This document shows, piece by piece, positions 38,501-51,027 of a DNA stretch of 64,000 nucleotides (within the stretch, counting starts at the first letter, position 1; the number at the start of each line of letters is the position of its first letter). The notes under the pieces were generated by a model. It was not told the origin of the DNA and did no database searches. It saw only the letters and a program-made list of their open reading frames with translations. The translations under genes and the position numbers were made by a program. The DNA is from Rhynchopus sp. YZ270_cl-10 (Eukaryota), in assembly GCA_964035575.1 (NCBI GenBank), contig OZ037836.1:744001-808000 (forward strand). Reading direction: 5' to 3'.

Positions 38501-40701
38501 AACTGCACACGTCCTGTCTTCCAGATCACCTTCTTGACTCCGAACTGTGTGCCTCGTGTGACTGCAAGAGGATCGCCACCCAAGTTGCCGATGTACTCAG
38601 TGCTTGCGTTGATGGTGTGTATCGGATGAATGTATTTATGGGTTGGGTTAGGTTGCAACCTAGACCCGGGTATTTGCACGTATCCCAACAGGCCATACAG
38701 CCAACCAGCCTGTGTCTGCTCAACAGTCCCAACCACACCGTCTGCTCGTTCCACGTCAGGTCTGTTGTCGTTCTTGATGCACTCTTCTTGCCTGCATCCC
38801 ATGTAGAAGCCACGTGTGGTGAACACACGCACAAAAAACTTGAAGTGTGTCATAAACGAGTTTGTGTACATCTCAAAAAACTGTGCCTCGAACTGTGCCC
38901 AGCTCCCGTCGTAGTCCACACCCACAAAGCCGTTGTGTGTGATCATGACTCTGTCCTCCACTGCATTGAAGCCCACAGTCAGGCCGTCGAAGATCTTGTC
39001 CATCACAATTGTGCGTGTGATGTTCGACAGCTCAATCGTGTTCTCCATCTCACTCATAACCAGTTTGCCTGCAACCTTCCGCCCGTTCGCCGTTGCTGTG
39101 TCTGTTGAGTCCTGCCCTGCAACGTAGACAAGAGAGAACGTCACAAGCGACGTGATCAGCAGCAGCGACACACTCACGGCCATGCTTGCCATCTTCAGCG
39201 GGATCGCAAACCCAGACACAGCCATCTCCTCAGGCACCTCCACTGCATCACGGCGCTGTTTCACCACGATCCCCAACATCACCACTGCAGTCATCACAAC
39301 CACCACAAGACACACAACCGTCACAGTGTCGGTCAGGTCCAGATCGTCAGACGTGTCCTCCTCCTCAGCAACGGCCGCTACCTGCAGTGGTGGCGCCGTC
39401 ATGGGCACAGTGTCCGACCAGTTCCCGTCAGTGAACGTGAGTGCATCAAGTGAGTAGCCAACACCAGGAATGTGCCTTCCACCACCCCGTGCGATCCACG
39501 CCATGAACTGTGCCGTCACCTTGCGTCCCACTGTGTGCACAGGGATCCCGACACGCATTGAGAATGCCTTCACCTTGTAGTACTCTCTCGTGCCGTAATT
39601 TGTCTTCGTCATTGAAATAAAGGCTGTGACACCACTTTGTTCAGCGTTCCGCACCTGGTGCACAAGCGGACAGGCACTTTGGTAAGACACAAAGACCATC
39701 TTCCCCTTGAGTGACGCAAAGTCCGAAGCAGCACAGCCCCCACGTGGCAGCTCTGTCGTGTACACTGCTTCGTCCTTCTGTGTCTCAAACGGAAGTGTCC
39801 GCACAAGCTGCAGAAGGGTCTCCCTCTTGCGTGGACGCAGGTCGTTCCCCATGACACACACGTGCTCTGCCTCACCAGGGATCCACATCGCAAGTGGACA
39901 CTTCTCGCAGATGCGGTCCTGCTGTGCGTTGTCCACCACTTTGCATGTGTCTGCACGGTCCACTTTGTTGTTGAAGCAGCCGTCCCACGGGTAGTCCTCA
40001 AGGTTGTCCAGGGCAGTCGGCGGCAGCTCAGAGCACTCAAACTTGATGTGGCCACGGACCCTTGCCCCGCTGTTCACAGCTGCTGCAATGTAGTCGGTTT
40101 CGTGTCTGTCTGCGTGCAGGAATGGGAAGTTCGTTGCTGTTGTGGCAGATATACCATTCATTGACTGACGCCTTTCGGTCGGACTGTAGTCGTGCAGAAT
40201 ACCCACAGCAGCACCAGTCTGCTGCACAAGATCCTGCTTCACCACGTATTTACAGCTACCACGGTACACAAGCGCAATCTTCCCATCGTACACCTTCCCG
40301 TCACCCAAGGAGTAGTCACTTGCCTTGCACCCAAGGTTGCTTTTCGACTGGATGCTGTTGTTCCCCACCACAACAATGTCCATCTCCTTGTTGTTCAGTG
40401 GGTGGTATGCATCAATGTGCCCGTCGGGTGCCCACGGCTCAAACACATTGTCCGTGAGACACAGCCACATCTCCGCCACCTCGGGCGGCTCTGTCACGAC
40501 AAGCCGCACGGGACACTGGTAGTAGCAGTAGTCGTACAGCCGCCACGTGGTCTGGTTGCACATGATGTCCTTCCGCCAGCCGTCGTAGATGTAGTCTGTG
40601 GGCATCTCGGGGATGAACTTCCGGAGGCAGTCTTGTCTGAGCACTGGACACTGCGGCTCTGCACCCCACGCAAGCAGCACCAGCACTGCTGCTGCCGACA
40701 T
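35528..40701 (-). CDS. Receptor-type cyclase-like protein, copy 4; exons 40701-35968 and 35650-35528 (1618 aa)
   Basis: Paralog. The likely ATG (MSAAAVLV) is at 40701, not the upstream ORF-track start. Donor GT at 35967, acceptor at 35651, last exon EHGLEAEAQALFATGEGPVYERFRDAWQAKSFTPVRITMH*. Confidence 0.87.
35651..35967 (-). other. Phase-0 GT-AG intron of copy 4 (317 nt)
   Basis: GTATGT...CACACAG at the conserved position. Confidence 0.85.
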
Positions 40702-41294
40702 TGTGTGAGACCAGACCTGCACGTGGTGGTGCCAGGGAGAGGGAGCACTACAGAAAAACAAGAAAACAAAACAAGAAACTTGGGGAAAGCTGATTCTTGT
40801 CTCTGTTTCACGACAACGACAAATGACCACACATATGAGGTGGTAGGTGTGAAGTAATAAGCGTGAGTACGTCCAAAGAAACAAATGTACCGTTTTTTCC
40901 GGGTGTCGGTGGGCTGTAATTGGGTGTAATTGGGCTGTAACTGGGCGTAATTGGGTGCAATGGGGCAAAAATGCCGTTTTTTGCCGTTTTTTGCACTTTT
41001 GACTTGCTTTTCGGTCCCCACACCCCCAATTTTTCCAACTTATGGGCTGTTTCCCTACAAATCAAATATAAAATCGAAAACGGCGATGAAAAAGATGCCT
41101 TGGTGAGTGGTCACAAATGCTGCACCTAATGCGAGAATGGAGGACACATCGTACCGTTTCCCCCATTTGACCTGCAAGAAATGGCGTAAAACCGCTGCTT
41201 TTAAACAGTGGTATTTGCACTTTCGGAATCCGTCCGGCCAGTGGTGGGGTCAATTTGATGAAATGGACAAGTTCTCGTTTTTGGTCAATTTCCG

Positions 41295-42033
41295 CACAGT
41301 ACACAGTACACAGTACACAGTACACAGTACACAGTACACAGTACACAGTACACAGTACACAGTACACAGTACACAGTACACAGTACACAGTACACAGTAC
41401 ACAGTACACAGTACACAGTACACAGTACACAGTACACAGTACACAGTACACAGTACACAGTACACAGTACACAGTACACAGTACACAGTACACAGTACAC
41501 AGTACACAGTACACAGTACACAGTACACAGTACACAGTACACAGTACACAGTACACAGTACACAGTACACAGTACACAGTACACAGTACACAGTACACAG
41601 TACACAGTACACAGTACACAGTACACAGTACACAGTACACAGTACACAGTACACAGTACACAGTACACAGTACACAGTACACAGTACACAGTACACAGTA
41701 CACAGTACACAGTACACAGTACACAGTACACAGTACACAGTACACAGTACACAGTACACAGTACACAGTACACAGTACACAGTACACAGTACACAGTACA
41801 CAGTACACAGTACACAGTACACAGTACACAGTACACAGTACACAGTACACAGTACACAGTACACAGTACACAGTACACAGTACACAGTACACAGTACACA
41901 GTACACAGTACACAGTACACAGTACACAGTACACAGTACACAGTACACAGTACACAGTACACAGTACACAGTACACAGTACACAGTACACAGTACACAGT
42001 ACACAGTACACAGTACACAGTACACAGTACACA
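41295..42033. repeat. (ACACAGT)n microsatellite, ~105 copies
   Basis: Directly visible perfect 7-bp tandem repeat. Confidence 0.97.
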
Positions 42034-43089
42034 AACCACCTGATTGCCAAAGCCAACTTCCGAAAACCATCACCTGTACCGATACACAAACTCCACCGTG
42101 AAAAAGTGTTATTATTGGGGTAAACGCCAGGTGGTCTGAAGAGTGGTCTGACCATATTCTCCAGGTATAACAAATACCCAAATAATGCATTGGCGAAGGA
42201 ATTTTGCACTTTTGACCACCACAGATTACATGTGTTTGTACCGGTTTTCTATGTGCTGATGTGCGCTGAGAAGCATGCCACCAGTGTTACAATTTTACAA
42301 GGTAAAAATGACCTATGTACGTATCTGAGGAAGAAGGCTGAGTGGGCATGTAGTGCCACAAAATATCTGGAAGGCATCCCCTGTCCGGTTACCAAAACCC
42401 GCCCGTCATAGGCGTTCCCACTTTTCGGTGCCACACCCGAAAAGCGGGTGTCGTCACACCCTCTAGTTGAGTATCCCGTTTGACCCGCTCAGAGGCTGGA
42501 ACCCACCGTGTGAGCAAGCAAAACAGGTCACCCCCTGGTAAGCCCCCCTCAAAAACACCTGAGTTGTACTAGTGGTGTGACTGGGTGTAATTGGTTGTAA
42601 TTGGGTGTAATTGGGCTGTAATTGGGCGTACTTGGGCAAAATTGGGCTGTACTTGGGTATAATTGGGTATAATTGGGTATAATTGACCCCAAGTGGGTCC
42701 AGATGGGCTGTGTTGGGTGCGGTTGGGTGGGTGAAAAAACGGTACAACAAAGGCAAAATATATCCGTTTCGCTTGATCAGATCTCGACCGTTTGTTGCAT
42801 TGCACGCTTCCACAAAAACATATCGGGTGGGGTCTCTGATCTAATCTGTGCGACGAATATATTTCCCCTAACACGCCATGTTTGGCCAAGGCCTCTCCAG
42901 CGCGTCAGTTGCAAAAAAATAACAACGAAAAAGGGAAAAGATAAAATCTTGTGAAAGAGCGAGCTGTATGACAGTTTACGCAAACAGTGCGTAGCTCACC
43001 TTGGTAAAGAAGTGGAAAAGAGTTTTGTGCGGAAAACGTGGTTGTTTTTGTATTAGTGTAGACACCCGCGCACTGTACTGCAAATAACA

Positions 43090-43288
43090 GAGTTTTTTTC
43101 TTTCTTTCCTTCCTTCAAAACTTCACACACACCGCTTTTGGTTTTTGGGAGACATGGTGCCAGGTTCTATGATATGCACGGAACCACCCGATTGTTTCCC
43201 GTGCAATACATGGAGAAACGCTTGGACACTCGAAAGTAGGAAAGCTTTTTTGATAAAAATTAGCGAACACAAAAAACCAGCGCGTGTG
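43090..43288 (-). mobile_element. Second, truncated B-A derivative of the YR retrotransposon
   Basis: ccttccttcaaaacttcacacac...gtgcaatacatgg...aaagctttttgataaaa...cgcgtgtg matches repeat B, then the start of repeat A. Confidence 0.75.
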
Positions 43289-45350
43289 TAATAGTGTTGT
43301 ATTCAACGGGTTGTGCCGCTCACATACAGTGATTAAGAAACAGAAACAGGAGGTCACTCTTGAGCTGCTTGTTTGTTTGAGTGTTTTTTTTTTTGGGGGG
43401 GTTTTTTCAAAAAATGAGGTTTTGGTAGGAGTATAATCAGCAGTGGATCACTCTACACATCGGATTTCAATACTACCTTAACTGTAAATATGTTGGACCG
43501 TGAAAATGTTGGAACTGCCCAAAAAAAACGCTGGCTCGTCCCAACAGTATGATGGTCGAACCTATTTACATTTACGGTATACCTGCCTGCACCTTTGGTG
43601 ACCCGACAGGGGGTGGGAAGGTTGTGGGAAACCACCCCGAGTAATACCTATTTAACGGAACAAAAGAAAGGGACAGTTATTGATGCAGGCTCCAACCCAC
43701 TGAACGATGCCAAGCAAGAAAAAGAATAGCTATTTTTTACCGACCAGAAAAGTCGTTTTCTTGATGAGTGTTTTCTGAGTGCACACTCAGAAATCACGAA
43801 TCAAGAGAAAACGACTTTTTGGGAGGTGAAAACAGGGCTTTGTTGAAATTTTCTGGCTTTGAGGAATATAATAAGCTTGGATTTTGGATTTTTTCCAGAA
43901 TTAGGTTTTTTGAATTTTTTTTTTTTGGTGGGGTGAGAGACCAGCCCCGCCGCCAGGATTTTGGGTTTTGAAAAAGTTCTGTTGATGGTCCAAAAAAAAA
44001 AATTTCGCGCTTCGCGCGAAAACCCCTGCAAAGCTCCTTCGTCGTGGCCTCCGGCGGAGAGATGCATGTTCCCCAAGACCGGTCAGAGTTCCTCCGAATC
44101 AGCGACATTTGCTCTTTCCTCTCACCATGCTGTACATTGTACTCTACGGTGGCCGTCCACAAGCCGTAGTGGGTGTCAGCCTTCTTATCAGTAAGCAGCG
44201 GTCATGGTACCCAAAGGTTCCTGGCGAAGCCACGGTACGCAACATTTTTAAAAAATGTTCCCATAAAATGGAACTGCGTTGGTGGGAGCTGCTTGCGCCG
44301 CAGGCGCACGGTGCGCAACTTTTTTTTTTTCCAACACCCGATTTTGACTTTTTTGGGACGTTTGAGCACTCACCTCTCCATATCTTCTTCTCCTGAGATT
44401 TTTTGACAAGTAGAACGGGTCTGAACCACTCAACAGAAGTTTTTTTTTTTTTTTTCCCCCCCCCGAAAAATTTCAGAATTAGGTTTTTGAACCTAATTCT
44501 GAGTACCAAGCTTATACCCTGAATGCTAAAAGAAAATTGAACACCGTACCCCTACCTTCCTCCTTCTATTCTGGGCGGGTTGGAGTAGAGCCACACTTCA
44601 CCAGAGAGGTCGAGGTGTGTGCGTTTCACCACAACCTCTCCCTTTTTTTGTCCATTTTGTCTTTATTGTTTTATTTGGCTACGGGGGTGGGGGAAACAGC
44701 AAAAAGGAAATTAATGAAAGCACCCGACTGACCTACATACAACGCCAGCTGGATGAAAGCACTACCCTGCGGCCAACAACGGAAGATGTAAAAGGAAAAG
44801 TGGGAGTGCGGTTTCAATTTCTCCGTTGGAGAAGAACAATGCACGTCTTGCAAAATGAAACTAAATACAAAAAGAGGGCAAAATGCCAAATAAATGAAGA
44901 TGTGCACAACGGCTCAGTGTGCACACAAAAAAAAACCTATACGTGAGAGCGAAGTGTGGACAAGTGTAGAGGCTTTGTGACAGCTACACAAACCCAACAG
45001 ATGTTCAGAAAGGGGAGGGGCGGGAAACAAAACGTATGTAAGAGTTGGAAGAAAGTGAAATGACTAGCAAAACAAAAGGGGTTTCTTTTTAAAAAATACC
45101 GACCCTCCCCCGTGAAGTTGTCCCCCCCCTCCGACCCCCTTGAAATTGTCCCCCCTGGGCAGGGGTCCTAACGCTGTTCTCAAAAATAATAAAAATGGTA
45201 ACTTCAAGGTCACTTTTCGTTTTTTGAGGGGGGAAAAAAAAAATTTCCCCCCTCAGAGGCGGCAGGCATATTGCTAAGTGCCGTTTCGCCGTTTTGCCTT
45301 TTGGCCAAAATCAGGGGTGTCGCTAATTTTGGGGAAATTTTTTTTATGGG

Positions 45351-47242
45351 ATAAAAAAAGGGATAAGGACAGTCTGGCCCACTACGTTTGACTTTTGGAC
45401 AGTATGGGCCCAACATGTTTCGATAAAGACAGTTCAGCCCCAAACGTTTGCAAAAAAGACAGTTCAGACCCAAAACGTTTGTAAAAAAGACAGTTCAGAC
45501 CCAAAACGTTTACAAAAAAGACAGTTCCGACCCAAAACGTTTGTAAAAAAGACAGTTCAGACCCAAAACGTTTGTAAAAAAGACAGTTCAGACCCAAAAC
45601 GTTTGCAAAAAAGACAGTTCAGACCCAGGCAGCTGCACCCACCTGAGCCCAAAAATGCCACCCCTGAGTGGGTCTTGGGCACGGCTATCACCGTGCGCTG
45701 GTCAGAGGTCTGACCAGGTACACCTGGTCAGATCTGACCAGATACCTATCTGACCAGGTATTTGGTCACATTTACCGGTACGCACCCAGGCGACCAGGCG
45801 ACCAGGTACACTGGTGTACAAGGAAAAAAGTCGTGAAAGAGCAACCACAGCTCCACAAGACAAACACAAAAGTGTCCAGTCGCGTGGGGCATTCATGCAC
45901 TGAGGAGATAATGATCCAACAATTTACAAGAAAGATTACTTAACCTACTGCTGGAAGTTGCCAGGTCGTAGTAACACACAAAGTGTGCCTCCGTTCGGGA
46001 ATACCGGATATTCTAGAGACCAAAAGGCCTCTTCCGCTAGTCAAGGTATAACCGAATGAACGGCCCAAGACCCCCGTGGAGAAGTTAAATGTTGTAATGC
46101 TATCAAGTACAAACTGCGACCACTGTCTTACCCTCCTCAATGCATGGTGGAAGATGTTTTTGACAACAAATATCCTGTACCCAGGTACCCATTTTCCCAG
46201 ACCCACGCAGTACTACGTCGCAGTACTACGCAAAATTTACCACCAGACCCTGTCTTCGTGCACCTGAAGTACAACGCCGCAGACAGGCCAAACATGCGTT
46301 GGACTCAGAGGAATGCGTGCTGTGCAGTGTATCAAACATGAGAACCAACTCCCAGCAACAAGGGGCGCCTTTTGGCGGGCGTTGCTGAGGGTGTTTGGGG
46401 TGCAAAGTTTTCCACAATTTTGATGCTGGATAGATGTTATAACAAAGAGAATTCAGAACAAAACAACACCCTGCCCCATACACACTAAATTGTCATACTT
46501 CAAGAGCATGCCTGGGCCAAAATTGTTGTGATCCAAATGAGTAAGGCCACCAACAAAGTCTTTTGGACTTTTTTGTTGCGTCGACTCTGGCAATTGGGGT
46601 ACGTGTACGTGTGTACCTGCGTATCTGGGTGCCTGGGCACCAGTGCCAGATTCAGCGGGGGGTACCCCCGCGAACACCCCTCCCACCAGAAATCCGCAAA
46701 CACTCCCTACCGCTGCCTGGGTCTGAACTGTCTTTTTTACAAACGTTTTGGGTCTGAACTGTCTTTTTTGTAAACGTTTTGGGTCTGAACTGTCTTTTTT
46801 ACAAACGTTTTGGGTCTGAACTGTCTTTTTTACAAACGTTTTGGGTCTGAACTGTCTTTTTTGTAAACGTTTTGGGTCTGAACTGTCTTTTTTACAAACG
46901 TTTTGGGTCTGAACTGTCTTTTTTACAAACGTTTTGGGTCTGAACTGTCTTTTTTGTAAACGTTTTGGGTCTGAACTGTCTTTTTTACAAACGTTTTGGG
47001 TCTGAACTGTCTTTTTTGCAAACGTTTGGGGTCTGAACTGTCTTTTTTACAAACGTTTTGGGTCTGAACTGTCTTTTTTGTAAACGTTTTGGGTCTGAAC
47101 TGTCTTTTTTACAAACGTTTTGGGTCTGAACTGTCTTTTTTGCAAACGTTTGGGGCTGAACTGTCTTTATCGAAACATGTTGGGCCCATACTGTCCAAAA
47201 GTCAAACGTAGTGGGCCAGACTGTCCTTATCCCTTTTTTTAT
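45351..47242. mobile_element. Fold-back-type element with long TIRs built of 31-bp tandem units
   Basis: Arms 45351-45633 and 46712-47242 are inverted. The unit AAAAAAGACAGTTCAGACCCAAAACGTTTGT occurs ~7 times on the left and ~15 times on the right. TSD not resolved. Confidence 0.85.
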
Positions 47243-47584
47243 TTCCCAACCCAACAACAACAATATAGCGTGAAGACAATAAATAAAATCAAAGCGGAAT
47301 AATTTTTTAGGTTTTGTGAGGCACTCAACGAGTGTGCCGGCTCTGTGGCGTCACGGAGCCACCAACACTCCCCAGTCATTTTTCCTGCGCTTCCAGGAAA
47401 ACTCGCAGTATGCGACCAGGATGGGACTAGGGAGTGCAGGATTTTTGCTGCTAAAGTAGAGATAAATCAAGACCAAGACAAGCCACGCTACTGGCGCATT
47501 GAAAACACAAGGTTGGTTCGGTCCACTAAGGCCAGCTAAACCCGCAAACCCGTTTACGGGTTTGCACTGTACAAGAAAACTGTC

Positions 47585-48130
47585 CACTAGGCCAACTAAG
47601 GACCCTCCGCATGGAACACACTGAAGCAAAAAGGGAGGTTGAAGTACACTAGGCCAACTAAGAGACCTCCACACAGAACACACTGATACAAAAGGAGTGA
47701 TTCATGTCCACTAGGCCAACTAAGGACCCTCCGCATGGAACACACTGAAGCAAAAAGGGAGGTTGAAGTACACTAGGCCAACTAAGAGACCTCCACACAG
47801 AACACACTGATACAAAAGGAGTGATTCATGTCCACTAGGCCAACTAAGGACCCTACGCATGAATACACTGAAACAAGGGGTGATTCAGGTCCATTCTGCA
47901 TGGCCGCACTGAAACAAGGGGTAATTCAGGTCACTAGGCCAACTCGGACCCTACGATGAACACTGAAACAAGCGGTTCACTAGGCCAACTCGGACCCTAC
48001 GCATGAACACACTGAAGCAAGGGGTAATTCAGGTTCACTAGGCCAACTCGGACCCTACGCATGAACACTGAAACCAGCGGTTCACTAGGCCAACTCGGAC
48101 CCTACGCATGAACACACTGAAACAAAAAGG
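47585..48130. repeat. Higher-order minisatellite (46-62-bp units starting CACTAGGCCAACT)
   Basis: About 9 units. The first four alternate A-B-A-B (62 bp each) and later ones alternate short and long. Confidence 0.9.
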
Positions 48131-48373
48131 GCCCACCTGACCACCATAGGGCCTACAATTCAACGGTTCGAACAAAGTGGAAAATAAAAGACACAAATTA
48201 GGGAGGGAGGGAGGGAAACGAAAAAATTTAATTCACAGCAAACAGGTGTGAGGGAGAAGAAAAGAAAGTGAACAAAAACGAAAAAACAATGTTTTTCTGA
48301 AATGTGATGTTGTTAGGGTAGGGAGAATAAAACAGTTCCAAGAAAAGCTCCTGCGTCGGTTTTCTTTTGGTTA

Positions 48374-49464
48374 GGGCAGGGCAAGTTTTTTTCTCGTTTC
48401 TTATTATTTGCAGCTCAAAAAAATGCGCGCGCGCGCGCAAAAAAAAAATAACTAGTCGAAAAAAAATACCCCACCTACCACGTAGGTCTTAGTGGGGGAA
48501 AAACATGATGATACGTTGTTGGCTGTGGAGTAACCTCCCCGAGCCACCCTACACGGTGGCTTGGTCAGGTGACTGACCAGGCTCTGACCAAGCTAAAAAC
48601 ATGACCAAGGGGGCTTGGTCAGACCAGGCCCCCTTGGTCATGACAGGTAAAAATGCACGGTGGGGGGTTTGAAAACCCTGCAAAAAAAACAAAATAAGAG
48701 CACAAAGCATGTATACTGTGTATACTGTGTATACTGTGTATACTGTGTATACTGTGTATACTGTGTATACTGTGTATACTGTGTATACTGTGTATACTGT
48801 GTATACTGTGTATACTGTAAACCCGCAAACCCGTTCCCGGGGTACAATCCCACCATCTTGTTGAATGTCCGAGGGATTCCTCGGTTAAGCGGGTTCTCAA
48901 CCTGCTCCAGAGGTACGACAGCCTTCTTATATTCTGCGGCGCTGTTCGCGCTTTGCATGAGCCGTGAAATGGCGCATACTTCTTCCCTGACGGGGGGGGG
49001 GGAGCGCGGGCGAAGGTGGCATGGATGCAGTTGTACTGCATTTCGGCCATGCATTCCAGGCTGTAGCTCGAACAAACCTTGTCCCTCACACTAGCACCCT
49101 TCGCAAAAACCTCCACGGAGAGGGGTTTTGCGGACCCCGTGTGCGCATACACAAACGCAGCGAACGTCTGCGTCAGGTCGGTGATGTTCACAACCGAGTT
49201 GGTCTTCGCACCAGCCTCGTCCACGATGGTGACCCTGAAGAACGGCATTTTTTTTTTTTTTTGCAAGTCTGTGCAATACGTGTGGGGGGTTTTCGGGTGA
49301 GGGGGGTCTGTGGAGAGGGAAAAATATGAAACGTGCCACCCCCCAGGCCCACTCCCCTGCGTTACCTTACCACTAGTTTTTTTTAAGACTAGTTTTTTTT
49401 TTGGGATTTCAAAAATAATGCGCGCGCGAATAATGAGAAACGAGAAAAAAAACTTGCCCTGCCC
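48374..49464. mobile_element. PIF/Harbinger-like non-autonomous element, TTA TSD
   Basis: TTA|GGGCAGGGCAAGTTTTTTTCTCGTTTCT ... AGAAACGAGAAAAAAAACTTGCCCTGCCC|TTA. Confidence 0.85.
48710..48817. repeat. (GTATACTGT)n microsatellite, ~12 copies
   Basis: Directly visible 9-bp tandem repeat. Confidence 0.95.
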
Positions 49465-50127
49465 TTACTGATTTTGTTGTTTTCTGTCAACAGAGCTTCG
49501 TTTCGGCGACTGACTACCCCGGGCTGCACCCTGAGGCTACACCCCCGGAGTGGGGTGGGGCAGCCCACCCCAGAAAACTTAAAACCCGGGGATAACCCAG
49601 GCTTAAGCCCGGGTAAACCCGGCCTTCGAACCCGGGCTTGCTCTGCGCAAAATTAATTAAGCCCGGGTTTTCCCGGGCTTACTGCCCAAGATTTTCACCG
49701 CTGTGTGATACCGGGGAAAAAAATTTGAAAAAAGGTGTCGTTTGAGAAAAACAAACAAACGGACGCGCTGTGTGAAAAACGAGTGTTTCTCTGCGCGTGA
49801 TATTTTGTGGGGAAGAATAAAACATTATGAAAAAAGCTCGTTGCGTTCCCACTATCGTTTCCGCTGCGCTCTCACTAGCGTTCCCACTCCATTCGGTTTT
49901 CTCTTACTTACGAAAAATTGACAATTTTCCTGATGTATGCAATGTGTGTGTGTGTGTGAGGGGAAGCACGGGAGGAAAAAACGACCTGTGGTAACTGAAA
50001 TATTTCACTAGAAATGCACACAGGTCTTGTAAAAAGAAAACTTGAAAGATGAAAGATGAATGTGCCTCCGTGCACACACACAACGCACCCAGAATGCGAT
50101 CACCAAGGCTGAGGGTGCGATCCTCGA

Positions 50128-51027
50128 TTATGTTTCCGATCGCTCGGGGGACTCGTCTCTGCTTCGTTTTGGACGTGCTTCAACCACAAGCTCACTCAGC
50201 TCGCCGTTCCTCACTTCGTTGGACACAACACTGCTGCAGCCGGAAAGGTAAACGCTCGTCAACGAAGTGCAGTTCACAGCAAAATGAGCAGCGTTCATCC
50301 AAGTAGCCACATCAATCGACGTCACATTGCTGAGTGGTGACAAATCCAGGGTGGTTAAGCTGCTGCAGTTCGCAAGAAAATATGCACTCACCTGCGTCAC
50401 ATTGCAGAGTGGTGATAAATCGATGTTGGTTAAGCCCGTGCAGCCGCCAAGAAAGTTGTCATTAATCTGCATCACGTTACTGAGTGGAGATAAATCCACA
50501 GTCGTTAAGTTCCTGCAGTTCGCTAGGAAACGCGCACCAACCTGCGTCACATTGCTCAACCCAGAGATGTCGATACTTGTCAACGAGGTGCAGTGTGACA
50601 GGAACCTGTCTCCAATGCGAGTCACAATGGACTCAGCACTGAGATCAAGTCTCGTCAACGAAGTGCATGCCAAGAACCCATTCGGAATGACAGTCGCAAC
50701 CTCCGCCTGCAGAAGCAAACACGCCACCTCAGGATCATCCACACTCTTCAGTCTCTCTGCACTGATGTCGGTCACACCCAACGCATGAAGCTCTGCAATG
50801 GCTTCGTACTTCTGCGACTTCTTCGTGAGGATGATTGTGTCACCAGCACTCAGCTGCGTCATGTCCGCTCCTTCTCCCATCGCTTCGTCTCCGAAACTCA
50901 TGCAAAAGCCGTCTTCAGGCAACCCCATTGCAGACGCCACCTTCCGCCGCAAGCCCTCCACTGTGTCATCTTCACCCACCTCGACTGTGTGCTGATTCGC
51001 TCTGAAATCTTCGAAGTGCACGTCCAT
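50128..51027 (-). CDS. Ubiquitin-like domain + BspA/LRR_5-type leucine-rich repeat protein (299 aa)
   Basis: N-terminal Ubl-like pattern (TVEVGEDDTVEGLRRKVA..GLP..F...LSAGDTIIL) and repeats CTSLTSIDLSPLSNVTQI...FL. Two paralogs are adjacent. Confidence 0.85.
   Translation of the reverse strand: MDVHFEDFRANQHTVEVGEDDTVEGLRRKVASAMGLPEDGFCMSFGDEAMGEGADMTQLSAGDTIILTKKSQKYEAIAELHALGVTDISAERLKSVDDPEVACLLLQAEVATVIPNGFLACTSLTRLDLSAESIVTRIGDRFLSHCTSLTSIDISGLSNVTQVGARFLANCRNLTTVDLSPLSNVMQINDNFLGGCTGLTNIDLSPLCNVTQVSAYFLANCSSLTTLDLSPLSNVTSIDVATWMNAAHFAVNCTSLTSVYLSGCSSVVSNEVRNGELSELVVEARPKRSRDESPERSET

Noticed and set aside
50..40857. Many plus-strand ORFs antisense to the receptor genes
   Set aside because: Shadow ORFs of codon-biased CDS. 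They recur only because the genes are duplicated.
40702..40968. 89-aa N-terminal extension of receptor copy 4
   Set aside because: Non-ATG start, runs into repeat DNA, is absent from paralogs and would bury the signal peptide.
41062..42209. 300-aa Cys-rich or HSTQYTV ORFs
   Set aside because: Translations of the 7-bp microsatellite.
47585..48130. CRISPR-like repeat-spacer appearance
   Set aside because: The intervening sequences are homologous to each other and repeat, there are no cas genes, and the context is eukaryotic.
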